This document shows, in pieces, positions 56,830 through 64,000 of a stretch of 64,000 nucleotides of DNA. Each line of letters begins with the position of its first letter. Positions within the stretch are counted from its first letter, which is position 1. The position numbers and the translations under genes are program-made. Source of the stretch: Schmidtea polychroa (Eukaryota). The stretch lies in the NCBI GenBank assembly GCA_044892525.1, contig CM097885.1, positions 238,702,001-238,766,000 on the forward strand. Reading direction: 5' to 3'. The notes below the pieces were generated by a model, which did not search any database, was not told the origin of the DNA, and worked only from the letters and a program-made list of their open reading frames with translations.

Positions 56830-59800
56830 GACTGATTCAATTTGATAGAGTTATTGTTAATTCGTTTTATTATATATATTCTGAGTTTATCCGACAACAT
56901 ATTTTCTCCCTCTATGGGTACTGCTTGTAAGGGTATTGGTCGTAAGGGTACTGGTCGTAAAGGTACTGTTGTGTTTTAATGATTTTATTTAGGCAAATTT
57001 TTGGTTATTATTTGGCATTAAATTCATTGGTAATTTTTTAGAGTTAGCGGGATTTTACTAACATTTTTTGTGAATTTCATGTTAATTGAAAGAATATTTA
57101 AAAATTTAAGGTTTAGTGTTAATTCTAAGATAAATTTAATTAATTTCTTGATAATTTGCTATATTTTATTGACTTGTTTTTAAATTTTAAATAAAAATTA
57201 ATTTTTAATGTTAATAATCAAGTGATAGGATAAATTTGATGATGATGACTTTGTAATGATATTGAATTTGACTATATAATTTTTTTCATATATTTTTCTA
57301 AGAATATTTACACATTGATGAACTTTAAAATATTGAAAATCTAAAGTTGAAACCAGATAATGTTTTCACGATGATGATATATTTGAAATTTACTTGAAAA
57401 TTATTGTAAAATATACCAAAATTTAGTTTGAAAGATATATCATGTTATAATGGTTATAATTAGTTGAATCGATGAAGAATTATGATCAATCAATGAAATA
57501 TTATCATCTCTAGTTAGGTATTTGATGATACATGTGATTAAATATTTATTTTAATGAATTTTGATCTTTTAGTGAACTCTTTGAATTTAGCTACTAAATT
57601 ATTTCAATGGAAGAATGTTTTTAACAATTAAATCTCTATTTAAATCGACAATGTTCTTATTGGTAAAATATCAAATTTTCAAAGGAAATAGTCAGTATTT
57701 AGCTATGAATTAATAATAATTCCAGTGAACTTATATCGTTTTAGAGGTTTATTAGGTCGTGATGAATGTTATTGCACAGTAATTTAGATTTATGTTTTAG
57801 AACAAGTTTTTATTAATTATCCACTGTTTTATTAAGTCGTTTAGGGTTAATAATCTATTTACTTGGTTTTGACAATGAAATATTTGAAATCTTTAGAGAT
57901 AAATGATATCAAAGGTTATTTCTTTAAATTAGTTTATTTAAGAAGTTATTTTATTCATTGTGAGGATATCAGTGAAGGAAATTTATGATTTTAATTAGAT
58001 TTCTAGAAATTAAATCGGTTAAATATCAGTTAATCTATTGAAGGAATATTGTTATCGGATGGATAAATGATATTTTGCTAAATTACCTTTGCTAAATATT
58101 ATTTTAAATGACTAAAAATAACAAAATTAACCAATATTCATAAATTTTTCCCACAAAATATCCATGTTTTGGTTACTCAAACATCTGAAATTTCTCGCAA
58201 AGATATATTACGTCTAATGATCATCTAATTAAATTAGAAAAGAAATATAACCCTATATGAACATGTATTTTTAACTAATAAGCACCTTATTTGGTTAAAT
58301 GATAACCATATTTCTATTATGACTCCTTTAAATATTTTTGCCTCGAACAAATTTACTCCAAATGATAAAGAATTTAAAATTATCAATGAATAATGACCAT
58401 GTTTTTCTCATATTAATAACTATTGTAACGAACATTAGATGAATAAATTACCTTTTGCTTTAAATGTCTAAAAGGTTAACCAATAAATTAGTCGCTCGAC
58501 ATAAGTGTAAAGTTACATTTAAAATATTCACGAATTTCTGATCATCTCACTAAATTACCTAAGAATTTCTAAATGATTATTATACCCTTGCGACATGTTG
58601 AATGTGACCAGTACCCTTGCTGGTAATACCCATAGGGGGACAGAATATTTTGTCGGATGAACTCGAAGTATATGGTCTTTATTGATATATCAAAATACTG
58701 TTATTTATAAATTAACTAAAAAATACTATATTATTTTACTGAATGATAACTTAAATGTTTTTAATATACCTATTTCTAAAGTAAATCGACAGCTCAGACC
58801 AACAAAATGTATGGATGACCACCCATTGTTAATTTATTTCCAGTGTCACGTCCCTCAAAAATACCGTGAGTGTTTTAACAAAACTGAGCTAAAAGAAACT
58901 TTCCAGATAACAACTCACCTGAATGTTTTGAACAAAAATGATCGAAATTGAGAACAAACGATTAGATGGCGATTAACTTCTGGCCACAACCCTAACAACA
59001 TGAAAATTAAGATTTAATTATTGAATTCGTTGTTTTCTGCCTGGAAATACTAACAGAATATTTTTTTTTAATTCAAAGAATCTTCATTATAAATTTTTGA
59101 ATTTAAAAAATTAAATGAAGGATATATAAGTGTACATAAAATTATAATATTATATAAAATTATACTGTATTTATTAATAAATTTAGAATACATAAAATTA
59201 TAATATTATAATATTATATAAAATTATACTATATAATAATATTAATGTTTAAATATGCTTAAATAACTAAATTGTTTAAATATTTTTAAATAACTAAATT
59301 TAAATTATTTAAATAAACTTTTCATATAACTTTATTTCTTTCGTTTTAGTATCCATAAAGTAAGTATATAAAGAATTTACTACAATATTTTAATTATTTT
59401 ACTTAGTAATGAAGAAAATGAATTATATAATTATGAAGAAGATAAACCAGAAAAAATAGTGAAACACTAAAAGACTTATGTTCTGGATTTAGAGATTTCT
59501 TATTAAAACATGAATTATTGGATTATGGGGAAGATGACCAGACAAAATGGTGAAACACTAAAGGAGTTATAGTTCCGGATTTCTTAAATGAATTAGCTGA
59601 TTGTGGGTGTCCTTCAACATGAATGTTTACTTATCAGACTTAAATTATGTAAACTTTCAACGAATGTCAAAAAAAATGGGAAAAATCGATGTTTTAGCAA
59701 TTAAGTAAAGTACTCGTCATACCTGAAGAATATTATTATTAATGTAAGACATGAATTAATTCTTTAAAATATATATATTATATTTAGGTATCTGTGTTTT

Positions 59801-60785
59801 ATGGTGGGAAATGACATGGAAAAAGTATACCACAAATAACAGTTGACTAATTTATCAAGCCTGTGACGATAAAATGTTAGATAATGTAAGTTAATTGCTT
59901 TTAAATCAATATAAATTTTAGCAATGATAGTTGACGCCGCATCAGAAACTAAGAAATACGTCCAATTTGCAAGATGTATTTCAAATGGCCCGATGGAGAT
60001 GATAATTTTGAGATAGATTACCAGCAGAAGAGCGAGAAAAATTTGTAAATTAAATATAAAAGGGTTGGGTGGGTCCTCTTTATCCCTTAATTAATATATA
60101 TTTACAAGCTGATCGTCGTGGTAGGCGGTTGTAATCCAACTAGTGGGAGGCCTCTGTAAATATATATTGTTGTTAGTGAAAACATTAATTAATTTGGTTA
60201 TAGTGCCAATGACGCATGCATTTTGTAATGTATTTTTATACGTTTCGAATGTGCTGGTAGTTGACTACCCATGCTAGGCGTAATGTTCCGTACGGAAAGC
60301 TATAATGCCCAGGTTCTTTTGACCCCACTTGGGGGATGCACAGACGACCCTTGTGGACGCGAACAAATATCCACCGTGTCTTTCAGGCACAGATATTTGG
60401 TCACTGCTCATTAGACCTGGCAATACTAAATGCATAAACTTTGCCTTGTCCTCTCTTGTCTTGATTTTTATAGTTTAAATAATTATTAAAAATAGTATGT
60501 GTGATAAGTTTTATTTACTAACCTTAATTAATTTACCCTTGCGACATGTTGAATGTGACCAGTACCCTTGCTGGTAATACCCATAGGGGGACAGAATATC
60601 TTGTCGGATAGACTAGGAGTATATACATCCATTTTAAAAAGGTATGTGTATATAGAATGTATGTATAAAATTATCACTCCTTATTGACAATTTCCTGTAA
60701 AGGCAAACACAGAATACTGCAAACATATAATAATTCTCTACCCCATAACTTAGTGTGTAAAAATTATTTTAAGTTTTTGACTAAT

Positions 60786-60827
<42 letters not shown>

Positions 60828-61156
60828 GTTCAAAGGGTTGTATATGTGTGTAGAAAATATTTTAGGTTTTCACTAATATTGATAATAATTGTTAATGGGT
60901 TGTGTGTGTGTGTAAAAATATTTTATGTTTTTGACTAATATTTGCAATAATAATAATAATAATAATAATAAAGTTTAATGGGTCGTGTAAAAAATATTTT
61001 AGGTTTTTCACTAATATTTGCGTTAATAATAATAATGTTTAATGGATTGTGCATGTGTGTGTGTGTAAAAATATTTTATGTTTTTAATATTGATAATAAT
61101 AATAATAATGGTTGATGGGTTGTGCGTGTAAACCATATTTTAGATTTTTCTTTACC

Positions 61157-61223
<67 letters not shown>

Positions 61224-61714
61224 TTGATAAAAACTTTGAAAATAATTTGAAAATGAATCTTTGAAAATAATACTTTGAAAAATATTCGATGAAAAGTTCC
61301 TGAAATAATCATGAAAATGTTGAAAATCGTGAAAATATTGAAAATGTAGAAAATTATTAAAATAATCATGCAAATGATGAAAATGTTGAAAATCATGTAA
61401 TTGACGTAGAAATTAAGTTTTATGAATATTTAAGTAAATAATAATAATGAAACTTCTAAATTAAAATAATAATTAGAACTTTGCAAATAATAATAAAAAT
61501 AATAATAATAAAAAATAATAATAATAATTCTTTGAAATTAATTCTTTGAAAATAATACTTTGAAAAATATTTGATGAAAATGTTCCTGAAATAATCATGA
61601 AAATGCTGAAAAGCATGAAATGGACGTAGAAATTAGGTTTTATGAATATTTGCAAATTATAATAATAATAATAAGAAGAAGAATTTTCATAATAACTTTC
61701 AAAATAACTTTGGA

Positions 61715-61781
<67 letters not shown>

Positions 61782-61784
61782 TTG

Positions 61785-61845
<61 letters not shown>

Positions 61846-62869
61846 TAATAATAATAATAACAATAATAATAATAATATTGATTAAAACTTTGAAAATAAT
61901 AATTTTGAAAATAACATCTTCCGCGCGGGCATTAATATCTTTCCCAATAATAATGATAAATTAAATTATTGCGTAATCGATAATTAAACCAAAAAAAATA
62001 ATATAATCAACGATTTAAACAAAATTAAATTATTACATAATTGATAATTTAAACAAAAATTATTATTGCATAATCAACGATTTAAACAAAATTAAGGTAT
62101 TAAGTAATCGATAATTAAAACAAAAATAAAAATATTATCATACAATCAACAATTTAAACAAAATTAAATTATTACATAATTGATAATTAAAACAAAAAAA
62201 TATTATTATATAATTAACGATTTAAACAATATTAAATTATTAAGTAATCGATAATTAAAAAAAAAAAAAAAATTATTAAGTAATCGATAATTAAAACCAA
62301 AATAAAAATATTATCATATAATCAACGATTTAAACAAAACTAAAATAAAATAATAATATGACCTTGAAATAATAATATTTTGAAAAATAATAATATGACC
62401 TTGAAAATAATAATATAACCTTGAAAATAATAATATGACCTTGAAAATAATAATATTTTGAAAAATAATAATATGACCTTGAAAAATATAATAATATTTT
62501 GAAAAATAATAATATGACCTTGAAAATAATAATATTTTGAAAAATAATAATATGACCTTGAAAATAATAATATTTTGAAAAATAATAATATGATCTTGAA
62601 AAATATAATAATATTTTGAAAAATAATAATATGACCTTGAAAAATATAATAATATTTTGAAAAATAATAATATGACCTTGAAAATAATAATATTTTGAAA
62701 AATAATAATATGACCTTGAAAATAATGAAGTTATATTAATGTTATAATAATAATAATAATAATATTAATACCCTTGCGACATGTTGAATGTGACCAGTAC
62801 CCTTTCTACAAATACACATAGGGGGACACAATATTTTGTCGGATAAACTCGGACTATATAGATTAATAC

Positions 62870-63039
<170 letters not shown>

Positions 63040-64000
63040 TTGATTAAAACTTCGAAAATACTAATTTTGAAAATAACATTTTCCGCGCGAGCGGTAATAT
63101 CTTTCCCAATAATAATGATAAATTAAATTATTACGTAATCGACAATTAAATCCAAAAATATTTCATAATCAACGATTTAAACAAAATTAAATTATTGAGT
63201 AATCGATAAATAAAACAAAACATGTTATTATTACATAATCAACGATTTAAACAAAATTAAATTATTACGTATTCGATAATTAAAACAAAAAATAAAAATA
63301 TTATTATATAATCAACGATTTAAACAAAATTAAATTATTAACTATTCGATAATTAAAACAAAAATAAACCGCTGGAACAAAAATAGATGTCTTTGTTACT
63401 AAAAATAGAATGACCTTGGCGAGTCATCGGATCAATGATCGGATCAAAAATGTTACTAAAAATATATTCAAAATGTTACTAAAAATAGATGTCTTTGTTA
63501 CTAAAAATAGAACGACCTTGATGATTCAGCGACTGAGTCATGGTCTTTGTTTAAATTACCTTGGTAATTAAAACTTGATGATAATAATAATAATAATAAT
63601 AATAATAATATTAATAATAATAATATTAATACTATTGATAGTAATAAATAATATATCCCATGGGTGCGTCATTGTCTTTCTTCAAAAAATAAATGAGTCA
63701 TCGATGAGTACTTTTGTATTGCCGTTTGTTTTCAAACAATATTGCTGCGAATAGTAGTACATCAATATTTAGTTTACCTTTGTTAATTTTACATTATTTT
63801 ATTGTTTAAATAAATGTATGTTTTGTTGATTTGCTGATTTGTTGATTTGTTGAGCGTGACCAGTACCCTTGTGAGCATTACCCATAGGGGGACAAAATAT
63901 TTTGTCGGATAGACTCGGAGTATATAGACTCGGTGTATATAGATTAATAATAATAATAATAATAATATCTTTAGAAATAATAATCTTAATAACAAGATAT

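Overview
Very AT-rich animal DNA with 40-50 nt introns and long (TTA)n/(TA)n tracts. A bilaterian invertebrate such as a triclad flatworm would fit, but the species cannot be fixed from the sequence. Three intact host genes: a Dmrt93B/dmd-4-type DM-domain factor (minus, 18125-19534), Arl8 (33100-39294, last exon beyond a 5.5 kb intron) and TAP42/IGBP1 (42641-43965). The rest is mostly mobile DNA: a full-ORF pogo DD35D transposon nested in a hAT MITE, hAT and piggyBac MITEs with clean TSDs, a family of solo LTRs, a (TA)n-flanked intron-containing DNA transposon, and Tc1/mariner, Tigger, piggyBac, hAT and RTE remnants. Most notable: (1) a TATA box, a U1 snRNA-like 5' end, a hairpin and a minimal hammerhead ribozyme in series at 22161-22272; (2) a gene-less giant element from 52856 to beyond the window end, with ~3 kb inverted arms and an AGTAG (Maverick/Polinton-like) terminus, related to a second element ending at 5797, both carrying a conserved ~85 bp cassette that ends in TATA (8 copies); (3) a SAP-like/actin chimeric pseudogene cut by an LTR. 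All calls are from reading the sequence; no searches were run.
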